From a bacterium (GTDB taxonomy: Bacteria; Patescibacteriota; Minisyncoccia; UBA6257; 2-01-FULL-56-20): a stretch of 36,023 nt of DNA. The DNA lies in NCBI GenBank assembly GCA_021817655.1, contig JAKAGE010000001.1, positions 1-36,023 of the forward strand, given 5' to 3'. Made by a program: the position numbers and the translations under genes. Positions 18,308 through 26,490 of the stretch are shown one piece after another (positions within the stretch are counted from its first letter, which is position 1; every line of letters starts with the position of its first letter). The notes beneath the pieces are model-generated. The model did not search any database and was not told the origin of the DNA. It saw only the letters and a program-made list of their open reading frames with translations.

Positions 18308-18919
18308 TTATTTGGCGCTTGAAATCTCCAAAAGGCTCCCGTTCGCGCCCGGGACCGCTCCGCGGAGGAAGATCAGGTTCTTTTCCTTATCCACGGCCGC
18401 GACGACAAGATTCTTGATCGTGACTCGCTCCGTTCCCATGTGTCCCGCCATACGGCGGCCCGGAACGACGCGCTGGAACGCGGTGGATCCGATGGAGCCG
18501 GGGTGGCGATAGCGGTTCTTCTGGCCGTGCGTCTTGGGGCCGCCATGGAATCCGTGGCGCTTCACGACGCCCTGATAGCCGCGCCCCTTCGTGAGTCCGC
18601 TCACGCGGACCTTGTCCCCCTCTTGGAACGAATCGATGCTGATGGCATCGCCCACCGCGCGGGAGGCGACATCCACCTTCTGGTTCGGACGGTTGCGGAA
18701 TTCCCGCTTCTGCTTGCCGAGCGCCACCTGGACCGCCTCATAGCCATCCCGCTCCGACGTACGCAAAAGCGCCACCGTGTTCGGCTCTGCGTGAATGACC
18801 GTGACAGGGACGACTTTAAGGATCTTCTCGGTGACCACCTTCTTATCCTTCGACACCTTGACCTCGACCTCTTTCCAGATCTGGGTCATCTTCAATTTTT
18901 TGCCTAAAATATATGACAT
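18308..18919 (-). CDS. rplC: 50S ribosomal protein L3
   Basis: GLTKGRGYQGVVKRHGFHGGPKTHGQ motif. Confidence 0.95.
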   Translation of the reverse strand: MSYILGKKLKMTQIWKEVEVKVSKDKKVVTEKILKVVPVTVIHAEPNTVALLRTSERDGYEAVQVALGKQKREFRNRPNQKVDVASRAVGDAISIDSFQEGDKVRVSGLTKGRGYQGVVKRHGFHGGPKTHGQKNRYRHPGSIGSTAFQRVVPGRRMAGHMGTERVTIKNLVVAAVDKEKNLIFLRGAVPGANGSLLEISSAK

Positions 18920-19143
18920 TTTCTTGATCGTCCGCCTCTTTTATCGAGTCGCGGCTTTGAATCGCGACCGGGCGGAATCCAGTAAAGGTTTAAGGAAAAC
19001 TCCGGTTCGGCGCCGGAGTTTTCACAAACCAACCTCCCTACCCGTCATCGGACGGGCACCAGAGAAAACGGAGTCCGTTTTTCTGCGCCGGGCTGAGCCT
19101 CGGGGAAATGGATGATATGCATAAAACTGCCGAGCAAACCTTG
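18920..19143 (-). promoter_or_regulatory. long structured 5' leader of rplC with terminator-like hairpins
   Basis: On the minus strand: AAACGGA-CU-CCGUUU plus a U-run; CCCGUC-CGAU-GACGGG; a 10-bp stem AAAACUCCGG/CCGGAGUUUU plus a U-run; GUCGCG...CGCGAC. Confidence 0.55.
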
Positions 19144-19149
19144 TGAAGG

Positions 19150-19177
19150 ATTATAGCAGAACGGATTTCGATGTCAA
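19150..19177 (-). promoter_or_regulatory. consensus sigma70-like promoter driving rplC and the downstream ribosomal genes
   Basis: On the minus strand: TTGACA (19172-19177), 16 nt, TATAAT (19150-19155). Confidence 0.65.
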
Positions 19178-19271
19178 ATAATGCCGACCGCTCCTATGGA
19201 CATCGCACCATGGCGGGAGTATAAGAAAATCAGCAGGACGGAACCGCCGCCCTACGGAAGGAAGGAGGACC

Positions 19272-19697
19272 ATGAGAAGGAGCAGCATGTCTGCCGCCAT
19301 CGCGGCATTCGTGGCGTTCATCACACTCTTCGTTATCGTCGAGACAGGGGCGCAGCAGCCGAATGTCATCCTTGCGCAAAAGCTCACGGTGGCGCCGTTC
19401 GTGATGCCTGCCGACACCAAACTCCCCGGCGACACGGTGTGTACGTATTTTTTCCTCACCCACTACGGCAATCCTGGCGGAACGGCATTCATCGCCTTCA
19501 ATCACATCGGGAAAAACGGCGCCGTAGCCGCCGAAGCGCTGCGCAGAGACAATGTAAAGATCGCAAAGGAAGGCGTCTCGCAGCCGTATGTCATGGTCGT
19601 CCAAACCGATGGTCCCGTGCATTGGACGATCCATATCAGCCAGTCCGATCTTGTCGGTTCGGAAACGAAGTGCCTTGCAGGGATCCCTGCGCAATAA
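19272..19697 (+). CDS. small secreted or membrane-anchored hypothetical protein, 141 aa
   Basis: N-terminal hydrophobic signal/anchor MSAAIAAFVAFITLFVIVETGA. AGGAGG/AAGGAG sits upstream of the two candidate ATGs (19272, 19287). Candidate promoter TGGACA-17-TATAAG (19197-19225). A hairpin terminator follows. No recognisable family. Confidence 0.6.
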   Translation: MRRSSMSAAIAAFVAFITLFVIVETGAQQPNVILAQKLTVAPFVMPADTKLPGDTVCTYFFLTHYGNPGGTAFIAFNHIGKNGAVAAEALRRDNVKIAKEGVSQPYVMVVQTDGPVHWTIHISQSDLVGSETKCLAGIPAQ

Positions 19698-19724
19698 CGC
19701 CCGCATCGCCGCACCAAAACAAAA

Positions 19725-19744
19725 GCCGCGCATCTCTGCGCGGC
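19725..19744. terminator. bidirectional intrinsic terminator
   Basis: GCCGCGCA-tctc-TGCGCGGC, flanked by an A-run upstream and a T-run downstream. It serves the plus-strand ORF and minus-strand rpsJ. Confidence 0.8.
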
Positions 19745-19764
19745 TCTTTTTTTTGTTTTTGGCC

Positions 19765-20088
19765 CTATACCATCTTGATCTCGATATCCACGCCCGCCGG
19801 AAGGTTCAGGTTTGAGAGGGACTCGATGATCTTCTGGCTGGGGTTCAGGATCTCGACAAGGCGCTTGTGCACGCGGAGCTCGAACTGTTCGCGGGCGTCC
19901 TTGTGGACGAAGGTCGAGCGGTTGACGGTGTAATGCTTCACCTCCGTCGGGAGCGGGATCGGGCCCGTCACCTTCGCGTCATTGCGCTCGGCCGCCTCGA
20001 TGATCTGGCGCGCCGAATTGTCGATCAGCTTGTGATCGTACGACTTGATGCGCAGGCGCAGTTTCTGGGGAACGTCGGTCTTGGCCAT
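19765..20088 (-). CDS. rpsJ: 30S ribosomal protein S10, 107 aa
   Basis: [23 protein letters not shown] and [10 protein letters not shown] motifs. The ORF extension to 20130 overlaps the promoter and is rejected. Confidence 0.94.
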   Translation of the reverse strand: MAKTDVPQKLRLRIKSYDHKLIDNSARQIIEAAERNDAKVTGPIPLPTEVKHYTVNRSTFVHKDAREQFELRVHKRLVEILNPSQKIIESLSNLNLPAGVDIEIKMV

Positions 20089-20102
20089 TTGAGTACCAGA
20101 GG

Positions 20103-20130
20103 AGTATAGCAAAACCGGCAAAACTGTCAA
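20103..20130 (-). promoter_or_regulatory. sigma70-like promoter for rpsJ with an extended -10
   Basis: On the minus strand: TTGACA (20125-20130), 16 nt containing TGc, TATACT (20103-20108). The ATG is 14 nt downstream of the -10. Confidence 0.65.
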
Positions 20131-20194
20131 ATAAGTAGTGCGGCTGACTTTGGATAGTTTTAACCCACGATTTTATAGAATGCCTCCGGGGGTG

Positions 20195-20366
20195 GCATAG
20201 TGCTGAATCCGGGTTGACACTCATGGATTCACAAGGGGCAAATCCTCGCACCCCCGCCGAAAAACATCGAAGGAAAACATTAAATAAATATTAAAAAATA
20301 TTTTGACAGATCTCTTTGAGCTGCTACCATAATTATGGTGTCAGCCCGGATTCTTCAGTACTATGC
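20195..20366. repeat. 172-bp imperfect inverted repeat around an AT-rich core
   Basis: GCATAGTGCTGAATCCGGGTTGACAC (20195-20220) pairs with GTGTCAGCCCGGATTCTTCAGTACTATGC (20338-20366), with one 3-nt bulge and two G-U positions. A 14-nt palindrome ACCATAATTATGGT lies next to the right arm. Confidence 0.7.
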
Positions 20367-20376
20367 TTGGATCCGC

Positions 20377-20398
20377 AAAAACCCAGCAACGGGTTTTT
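20377..20398. terminator. weak bidirectional terminator-like hairpin
   Basis: AAAAACCC-agcaac-GGGTTTTT. Confidence 0.35.
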
Positions 20399-20405
20399 TG
20401 TTTTG

Positions 20406-20457
20406 CGCACCGGATTCGAACTTCTCCGATGAAGCACTAACTTAAGGCGTCCGGTGC
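20406..20457 (-). other. tRNA 3'-half-like minihelix (not a complete tRNA)
   Basis: On the minus strand: a 7-bp stem GCACCGG/CCGGTGC, with a TTCGAAT T-loop motif directly before the 3' strand and GCAA after it. There is no cloverleaf. The 3' end resembles that of the tRNA-Arg at 30554. Confidence 0.4.
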
Positions 20458-20482
20458 CGCGACAATAGACCAGCGCAGGATA

Positions 20483-20547
20483 ACACAAAACCCCCCTCTT
20501 TTTGGACCTTCGTGTCTGCACGGGGCCGGTCCAAAAAAAGAGGGGGG
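20483..20547 (-). terminator. intrinsic terminator after tuf
   Basis: An 18-20 bp stem CCCCCCTCTTTTTGGACC / GGTCCAAAAAAAGAGGGGGG, followed on the minus strand by TTTTGTGTT. Confidence 0.8.
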
Positions 20548-20557
20548 TTGCGTTATC

Positions 20558-21757
20558 TTACTTGACGATCTTCGTCACGACGCCGGCGCCGACGGTCTTG
20601 CCGCCCTCGCGGATGGCAAAACGCATCTTGTCTTCCATGGCGACCGGGGTGATGAGCTTCACCGTGATCTTGACGGTGTCGCCCGGCATGACCATCTCCA
20701 TGCCCTCCGGAAGCGAGACCTCGCCGGTCACGTCCGTGGTGCGGATATAGAACTGCGGCTTATAGCCCTTGAAGAACGGAGAGTGGCGGCCGCCCTCTTC
20801 CTTCGAGAGCACGTAGATCTCGCCTTCGAACTCCGAGTGCGGGGTCACCGAGCCCGGCTTCGCGAGCACCTGGCCGCGCTCCACGTCCTCCTTCTTGAGG
20901 CCGCGGAGGAGCAAGCCGGCGTTGTCGCCTGCCTGGCCCTCGTCGAGCGACTTGTTGAACATCTCGATGCCGGTAACGACGGTCTTCGCGGTCGGGCGGA
21001 GGCCCACCACTTCGACCTCCTCGTTCACCTTCACCTTGCCGCGCTCGATGCGGCCCGTCACGACGGTGCCGCGGCCTTCGATCGAGAAGATGTCCTCGAT
21101 CGGCATGAGGAACGGCTTGTCGAGATCGCGGACCGGATCCGGGAAGAAGTCATCCATCGCCTTCACGAGGTCGATGATCGGCTTCGCATCCTCGCCGTCG
21201 GCGGAGGTGGCGTTCAGCGCCTTCAACGCCGAACCGCGGATCACCGGGGCCGTGTCGCCCGGGAAGCCGTTCTTCGTGAGGAGCTCGCGCACCTCGGATT
21301 CGACGAGGTCGATAAGTTCCGGATCGTCCACCATGTCGCACTTGTTGAGGAACACGATGATCGACGGCACGCCGACCTGGCGGGCAAGCAGGATGTGCTC
21401 GCGCGTCTGCGGCATCGGACCGTCGGTCGCGGCAACCACGAGGACCGCACCGTCCATCTGAGCGGCGCCGGTGATCATGTTCTTGATGTAGTCGGCGTGG
21501 CCCGGCGCGTCAACGTGCGCGTAGTGGCGCTTCTCCGACTGGTACTCCGAGTGATGGAGCGCGATCGTGATGCCGCGCGCCTTCTCTTCCGGAGCGTTGT
21601 CGATCTGGTCGACCTTCTCCTCTTTCTTCGCGAGACCCTTCATGAAGAGCACGTGCGTGATCGCGGCAGTGAGGGTCGTCTTGCCGTGGTCGACGTGACC
21701 GATCGTGCCGACGTTCAAGTGCGGCTTGGACCGATCGAATTTCTCCTTTTCAGCCAT
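20558..21757 (-). CDS. tuf: elongation factor Tu, 399 aa
   Basis: [23 protein letters not shown] and NKCDMV GTPase motifs. Confidence 0.97.
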   Translation of the reverse strand: MAEKEKFDRSKPHLNVGTIGHVDHGKTTLTAAITHVLFMKGLAKKEEKVDQIDNAPEEKARGITIALHHSEYQSEKRHYAHVDAPGHADYIKNMITGAAQMDGAVLVVAATDGPMPQTREHILLARQVGVPSIIVFLNKCDMVDDPELIDLVESEVRELLTKNGFPGDTAPVIRGSALKALNATSADGEDAKPIIDLVKAMDDFFPDPVRDLDKPFLMPIEDIFSIEGRGTVVTGRIERGKVKVNEEVEVVGLRPTAKTVVTGIEMFNKSLDEGQAGDNAGLLLRGLKKEDVERGQVLAKPGSVTPHSEFEGEIYVLSKEEGGRHSPFFKGYKPQFYIRTTDVTGEVSLPEGMEMVMPGDTVKITVKLITPVAMEDKMRFAIREGGKTVGAGVVTKIVK

Positions 21758-21817
21758 ATAATTGAATGATTAAAAGTTTATTTTGATTTTTTACCAGCTC
21801 CCCCCTTCTCAACAAAA

Positions 21818-21862
21818 ACAGCTTCGAGAGCTGTAAAAACCTAAACCAATCGACCGGTTTAG
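21818..21862 (-). promoter_or_regulatory. two tandem terminator-like hairpins in the tuf leader
   Basis: On the minus strand: CTAAACC-8nt-GGTTTAG plus GTTTTT, then ACAGCT-5nt-AGCTGT plus TTTTTG. Both lie downstream of the promoter and upstream of the tuf ATG. Confidence 0.5.
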
Positions 21863-21881
21863 AGAAGAGGTTTACGAAGAG

Positions 21882-21911
21882 ATTATAGACGAAAACCGGG
21901 CATTTTGTCAA
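21882..21911 (-). promoter_or_regulatory. consensus sigma70-like promoter upstream of tuf
   Basis: On the minus strand: TTGACA (21906-21911), 18 nt, TATAAT (21882-21887). Confidence 0.65.
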
Positions 21912-21969
21912 CGCCGTCGGCCTCAGGAGTGGATAAGGTGTGAATAAAAAAGCACGGAAGGAAAGAAAA

Positions 21970-22002
21970 CCCGCCGCACCCCGAAAAGAGAGTGGCGGCG
22001 GG
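21970..22002 (-). terminator. intrinsic terminator after the 22015..22878 gene
   Basis: CCCGCCGC...GCGGCGGG stem, followed on the minus strand by TTTTCTTTC. Confidence 0.75.
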
Positions 22003-22014
22003 AGAACCCAAAAG

Positions 22015-22878
22015 CTAATAGCGTGCAAACGGATCCTTGAATGAAGAGGTCAGTCCGTCCCTGAAGATCCGGTTGTCCGGATATCTCGGTTGGAGCCGGG
22101 CGATGATCTCCGCCGGAGGATGGATCCGTTCGATGCGGTCGCCTCCCGGCTTGCGTTCCAATTCCGTGCGGAGCGCAAAGAACCAGACGTCGTCGGCGAA
22201 CGGACTTTTGTCTCCGAACGCGCCGCTCACGATCCGCAGCGCATCGTCCATGTCCGTCGGAATGTTCTTCATCTTCAGCATGAGCGACCATCCGGAATTG
22301 CTTGCCTCATACTCATGAAGCCCTGCCAGGAACATCGTCTGCGCGGACGGATGCGGCTGGCGGATATAGAAGAAGAATCGCCGGTCATCTGCGCCGATGA
22401 CGTCCTTATGCATCAGGCGCCACAGGGTCCCGTGAAACGCGAGGTGCAATGCCTCGCGGGACGAGTACAGCGCCGCACCGACGTAATTGCAGTCGAGCAT
22501 GTTTCTGCCGATGCCCCGGAGATCCGTTCCCGCGCATCCTATGCGCGTGAAGCGGGAGATCGCTCCGTTCAGCATGACAATCAGCGCATCGTACTCTCCC
22601 CTGCTCATGCCCATATCGCGGACATCGAACAAATGATCGTACAAGACGCGGACAGGAACGAGCATATCGTCGGGATGGCGTTCCCGGTACTCGCGGAACT
22701 CCTCCCGCGCCATCTCGTGCTTTCCATCATACGAATCCCGCAACGCCCGGTAAAAAAGGCGGACGTCGGCATCCGCCGGTTCTGGGCGCGTGCGAGCGCC
22801 ATCGTTTCCTAGGGCAGGAGCCGCAAGACATACCGCCAATGAACAGCACCCAGCCGCCGATCTCCATCGTATGCGCAT
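22015..22878 (-). CDS. secreted hypothetical protein, 287 aa
   Basis: N-terminal signal-like MRIRWRSAAGCCSLAVCLAAPALG, GC3-rich codon usage, and its own promoter and terminator. No recognisable family. Confidence 0.65.
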   Translation of the reverse strand: MRIRWRSAAGCCSLAVCLAAPALGNDGARTRPEPADADVRLFYRALRDSYDGKHEMAREEFREYRERHPDDMLVPVRVLYDHLFDVRDMGMSRGEYDALIVMLNGAISRFTRIGCAGTDLRGIGRNMLDCNYVGAALYSSREALHLAFHGTLWRLMHKDVIGADDRRFFFYIRQPHPSAQTMFLAGLHEYEASNSGWSLMLKMKNIPTDMDDALRIVSGAFGDKSPFADDVWFFALRTELERKPGGDRIERIHPPAEIIARLQPRYPDNRIFRDGLTSSFKDPFARY

Positions 22879-22932
22879 ATCTTTCCGCTCCCGTGTTCAA
22901 AATAGTGCGGCATTCCTGCCGTTACTGTAATT

Positions 22933-22961
22933 ATTATACAACGTTTTTTCGATATGTGCAA
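22933..22961 (-). promoter_or_regulatory. sigma70-like promoter for the secreted protein gene
   Basis: On the minus strand: TTGCAC (22956-22961), 17 nt, TATAAT (22933-22938). Confidence 0.55.
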
Positions 22962-22984
22962 TTTTTGCGGGCGTGGTGGGGACA

Positions 22985-24136
22985 TCATGCAAGCCGCTCG
23001 GCGCGGACGCCCAAAAGGCGGATCGCCTTGCGGTCCGGATTCTCGCGGCGGTCGAGGAACGGCATGAAAAGCCGGAGCGACTGGAAGCGGAGCGTCTCTC
23101 CCGCCGCAGGAGCGTCTACGGCGATCGCGCGGGACAGGGTCACCACGCGCGTCTTCGTCGAAAAATCAGCGAACCGCACGGTGATGCCGACCGCGCGGAA
23201 CGACGAGAACCCCTCCGCGCCGCGTTCCGCGCGCAAGCGCGCGGCAACATCGTCCGCGATCGCGGCGAGCGCGTCCACGAGCGTCTTCCGGTCCCGCGCC
23301 GCGCGCGCGCCGCCGACCGGCACGTCCCGCACGAACGTCATCTGCTCGCTCACCGACCGCATCATCGCCTCCTCATGGACCGGCGCATCGCTCGCCCCCC
23401 GGACTTTTCGATAGAGATCGAGCCCCCACTTCCCCATCATCCCGTAGAGCTCCGCCTCGCTGAACCGGCGCGCGTCGGCGACCGTCCGGACGCCGCGCGC
23501 CGCAAGCTGCGCCTCCGTCTTCGGCCCCACGCCCGGGATCGTGCGGATCGCCATCGGTGCAATGAACGCCGCGGCATCCTCATCCCGCACGGCCGTGAGC
23601 CCGTCCGGCTTCCGGAAATCCGATGCGATCTTCGCGATGAGCGTATTCGGCCCGATCCCCACCGATGCCGTCAGCCGCTCGGCCCCGAGGATCGCCGCCT
23701 TGATCGCCCGCGCGAGCGCCTCCGCTTCCTCGAACGACGCGCAGAACGACAGGTCGATGTACGCCTCGTCCACGCTTGCCTGGCCGATCACCGCCGGCCG
23801 GCCGCTCGCGGCACGGACCGTATCGCGGACGACCGCCATCACCCGCCGGGATACGGCGGCGTATTTCTCCATATCCACATCCATGAATACCGCCGGCGGC
23901 AGGCCGCGGCGGCGCGCATCCTCCGAATACCGCCACGCGGTCGCGATCGGAAGCGCCGAGCGGATCCCGTACGCCCGCGCCGGATAGTTCGCCGTGGAGA
24001 CGACGCCGCGCCCGCGCCCGTTCAGCGGATCCGCGCCCACCACGATCGGCGACCCCCGGAGGCGCGGATGGTCCCGCTCTTCGATCGCGGCGAAGAACGC
24101 GTCCATGTCGAGATGTGCGACGATCGCCATAGGCAC
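22985..24136 (-). CDS. dinB: DNA polymerase IV (Y-family), 383 aa
   Basis: IVAHLDMDAFFAAIEERDHP start, SVDEAYIDL catalytic motif, and IGPNTLIAKIASD and GVGPKT (HhH) motifs. Confidence 0.92.
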   Translation of the reverse strand: MPMAIVAHLDMDAFFAAIEERDHPRLRGSPIVVGADPLNGRGRGVVSTANYPARAYGIRSALPIATAWRYSEDARRRGLPPAVFMDVDMEKYAAVSRRVMAVVRDTVRAASGRPAVIGQASVDEAYIDLSFCASFEEAEALARAIKAAILGAERLTASVGIGPNTLIAKIASDFRKPDGLTAVRDEDAAAFIAPMAIRTIPGVGPKTEAQLAARGVRTVADARRFSEAELYGMMGKWGLDLYRKVRGASDAPVHEEAMMRSVSEQMTFVRDVPVGGARAARDRKTLVDALAAIADDVAARLRAERGAEGFSSFRAVGITVRFADFSTKTRVVTLSRAIAVDAPAAGETLRFQSLRLFMPFLDRRENPDRKAIRLLGVRAERLA

Positions 24137-24167
24137 ATTAAAGCATGAAAATTGGTAGAATGAAGCT

Positions 24168-24710
24168 ATGATGGAGACGAACCAGCAGCCCCAACCCGCG
24201 GCGCCCGCGAAGCCCCTCCGCTTCCGACGCGCCGTGCCCGTGCTCGCGCTCGCGATCGCCGTGGTCTACGCCATCGGCATCATCGTCAGCAACACCGCGA
24301 TCGCCGCGTTCGTATGGATCGTGCTCACCGTCCTCCTCGGGCTTCTCTCGATCGCGATCGGCCTCATGGCCGGCGCCGTCGTCGTGAAATCGCTTTTCGC
24401 CGTGGCGGCGGAGCTCTCGCTCCTCATCTTCCTCACGCAGGCGTTCTGCGGCGCACCGGCCCGGCATCCGGCGAACAACGCCGCGATGACCGTGCTCTTC
24501 ACGATCGGCATGCTCTATATCGCCTATCTCTTCTTCACCACCCTCCGGGACGAACTGAAGGGCGTGTACCGCCGCCGCCTCGAAGAGCATCCGCGCACCT
24601 GGGAGAAGGTCATCACCGTCGCCGCATTCATCGCGTTCGTGCTCCTCTTTGTCTGGGAGCTCTATCTCATCGTCGCACCGATCGTGCGCGGGCTGTGCGT
24701 CTATAAATAG
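24168..24710 (+). CDS. multi-pass membrane protein, 180 aa
   Basis: About five hydrophobic helices. An extended -10 TGgTAGAAT (24153-24161) lies 6 nt before the ATG, suggesting a leaderless mRNA. Divergent from dinB. Confidence 0.65.
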   Translation: MMETNQQPQPAAPAKPLRFRRAVPVLALAIAVVYAIGIIVSNTAIAAFVWIVLTVLLGLLSIAIGLMAGAVVVKSLFAVAAELSLLIFLTQAFCGAPARHPANNAAMTVLFTIGMLYIAYLFFTTLRDELKGVYRRRLEEHPRTWEKVITVAAFIAFVLLFVWELYLIVAPIVRGLCVYK

Positions 24711-24736
24711 GCGAATAGGCGGCCGACCGCACCGCG

Positions 24737-25213
24737 TCAACGGTTCATCCCCCACACGCGATAGTTCAGGTAACAGGCGAACGTCACCCAGGCCGCATAC
24801 GGCACGAGGAGCCATGCGGCAAGAAGGGATGCGGGAGCGAGCAACTGGATCAGCGCCACGATCGTAAGATCGAGCGCAAGGCACACCCACACCGCGGCGA
24901 ACGGCCGCCGGAGATAAAAGAACACCCAGCTCCACGAAACGTTAAGGGCCGCGTTCAGGCAGAAGAGCGCATACACTCCTGCCCGCACCGGCGCCCACAC
25001 CGTACCCGCCGGCACATTCCACGCGATGATCGCCGCCCACGCGGCGAGAATATAGAGCACCGTCCATACGGCGCCGATCACCCGCCCCGGCGGCGTCCAT
25101 GACGGCTTCCGCAGATGCACGTACCACGTGCGCACCGACGACGCCGTGAACCGTCCGCCGAGCCAGGCGACCGCCACCGTCACAAGCGGGATCAAAACGT
25201 AGGAAAGACGCAT
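24737..25213 (-). CDS. tspO: TspO/MBR family tryptophan-rich sensory protein, 158 aa
   Basis: WYVHLRKPSWTPPGRVIGAVWTVLY motif and five TM helices with Trp-rich loops. Confidence 0.88.
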   Translation of the reverse strand: MRLSYVLIPLVTVAVAWLGGRFTASSVRTWYVHLRKPSWTPPGRVIGAVWTVLYILAAWAAIIAWNVPAGTVWAPVRAGVYALFCLNAALNVSWSWVFFYLRRPFAAVWVCLALDLTIVALIQLLAPASLLAAWLLVPYAAWVTFACYLNYRVWGMNR

Positions 25214-25292
25214 ACCACTATTCTACACCTTCACGCCCCCGCGGATCCGGCGAAAGCCCCACCCGCACCGCTGGTCTCAGAAGGGCAAATTC

Positions 25293-26291
25293 CTATCCCC
25301 AGCTGAACCCGCGGCCGAAGTGGCCCCACGCCGCCGTGTCGGCCCATCGCACCGCGTCGAGCCGCAGGAAGGACCGGATACCCGCGGGCGAAAGGTCATA
25401 GCCCGTCACGGGCACCGCGCGGAGCACGCCGCCACGCTCATCGAGCAGTTCCGCGACCGCCATCACGGGCTCCGCCTTGCCGATCGCATATGCGAGCTTG
25501 GCGCGCACGGCAAAGACCGCGGCATCCGCATCCGCATCGGCGTGGCCGGCACCACCGCCGCCCATATGCTTTCGCAACTCGTCCACCGCGATCCGCCGCG
25601 CCATATAGGCGCCCGACCGGTCCACCTTGGTGTAATCCTTGCCCGAGAACGATCCGCCGCCCGCGCCAACCTCCGGCCCGTAGTTGTCGACGACGATCTT
25701 GCGTCCCGAAAGCCCCGAGTCGGCGTCGAACCCGCCGAGCGTCCAGTCGCCCGCCGGATTCACCAGGTATTCGTCGGCCGCGATGAGCAATCGCACGAGC
25801 GGGAGCAGTTCGCCGCTCGGCGCGTTCTGAAAGCTCGCGACGACGGCCGTCACGCGCCCGTCCGCCACCGTCACCTGCGTCTTGCCGTCAAAGGGATACC
25901 GCGCATAGATGTCGCGGCACAGCTTCCGCGCGAGCTCGTACTCGAGCGGCATGAGCGCCTCCGTCTCCCGCGTGGCATACCCCGTCATGATTCCCTGGTC
26001 CCCCGCGCCGCCCGCGTCCACGCCCTGCGCGATCGACGGGCTCTGCACCGAAAAATACCGGTGCACCGCATGCCCCGGCGCCACCCGCGCGACGAGCGCC
26101 GGCACGTCCACCGCGCACGCGCTCGTCACCTCGCCCGAGAGCGTGAGGTGCCTGTGCCCGCCCATCACCTCCACCGCCACCCGGCTCTTCGGATCCCCGG
26201 CGAGATATGCATCGAGCACGGTGTCGGCGATCACATCGCACACCTTGTCCGGATGCCCCGGCGAAACGAACTCCGCAGTCCGCATCTTCAT
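25293..26291 (-). CDS. metK: compact S-adenosylmethionine synthetase, 332 aa
   Basis: SPGHPDKVCDVIAD, GAGDQGIMTGYA, GGGSFSGKDYTKVDRSGAY and AAWGHFGR motifs. Preceded by a SAM-I riboswitch. Confidence 0.88.
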   Translation of the reverse strand: MKMRTAEFVSPGHPDKVCDVIADTVLDAYLAGDPKSRVAVEVMGGHRHLTLSGEVTSACAVDVPALVARVAPGHAVHRYFSVQSPSIAQGVDAGGAGDQGIMTGYATRETEALMPLEYELARKLCRDIYARYPFDGKTQVTVADGRVTAVVASFQNAPSGELLPLVRLLIAADEYLVNPAGDWTLGGFDADSGLSGRKIVVDNYGPEVGAGGGSFSGKDYTKVDRSGAYMARRIAVDELRKHMGGGGAGHADADADAAVFAVRAKLAYAIGKAEPVMAVAELLDERGGVLRAVPVTGYDLSPAGIRSFLRLDAVRWADTAAWGHFGRGFSWG

Positions 26292-26319
26292 AGAAGAAGA
26301 AAAATTTATTTATTGTTGT

Positions 26320-26470
26320 CCGACGAACAACGAAACAACCGCCTACACGGCGGTCGCTGTTCAGTGAACATCTTCCCCGTGAAGGGCTGGATTTCGCACC
26401 GTGCCGGATCGCCGGTCGGTTGCGGGCGGAGCTTTGGGCCAAATCCCTTAGCATCTCCGCTCTCTGGATG
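26320..26470 (-). promoter_or_regulatory. SAM-I (S-box) riboswitch with a terminator expression platform
   Basis: On the minus strand: CATCCAGAGAGCGGAG...GGGATTTGGCCCAAAGCTCCG..GCAACC...GGTGCGAAATCCAGCCC...GGGGAAGATG (aptamer 26369-26470). Then ACCGCC-5nt-GGCGGT (26338-26354) plus GTTTCGTTGTT. Confidence 0.85.
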
Positions 26471-26490
26471 TGTATTCGGTTGTTGGGTTC

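Noticed and set aside
19151-19933. ORFs 19151..19459 (-) and 19181..19933 (+) in the rpsJ-rplC gap.
   Set aside because: The first overlaps the rplC promoter and has no ribosome-binding site. The second is an Arg-rich frame running antisense into rpsJ. The 19272..19697 frame has the signal peptide, RBS and terminator.
20405-20480. Complete tRNA gene between tuf and rpsJ.
   Set aside because: Only a T-loop motif and a 7-bp stem are present. No D arm, anticodon arm or T stem can be drawn. It is reported as a fragment instead.
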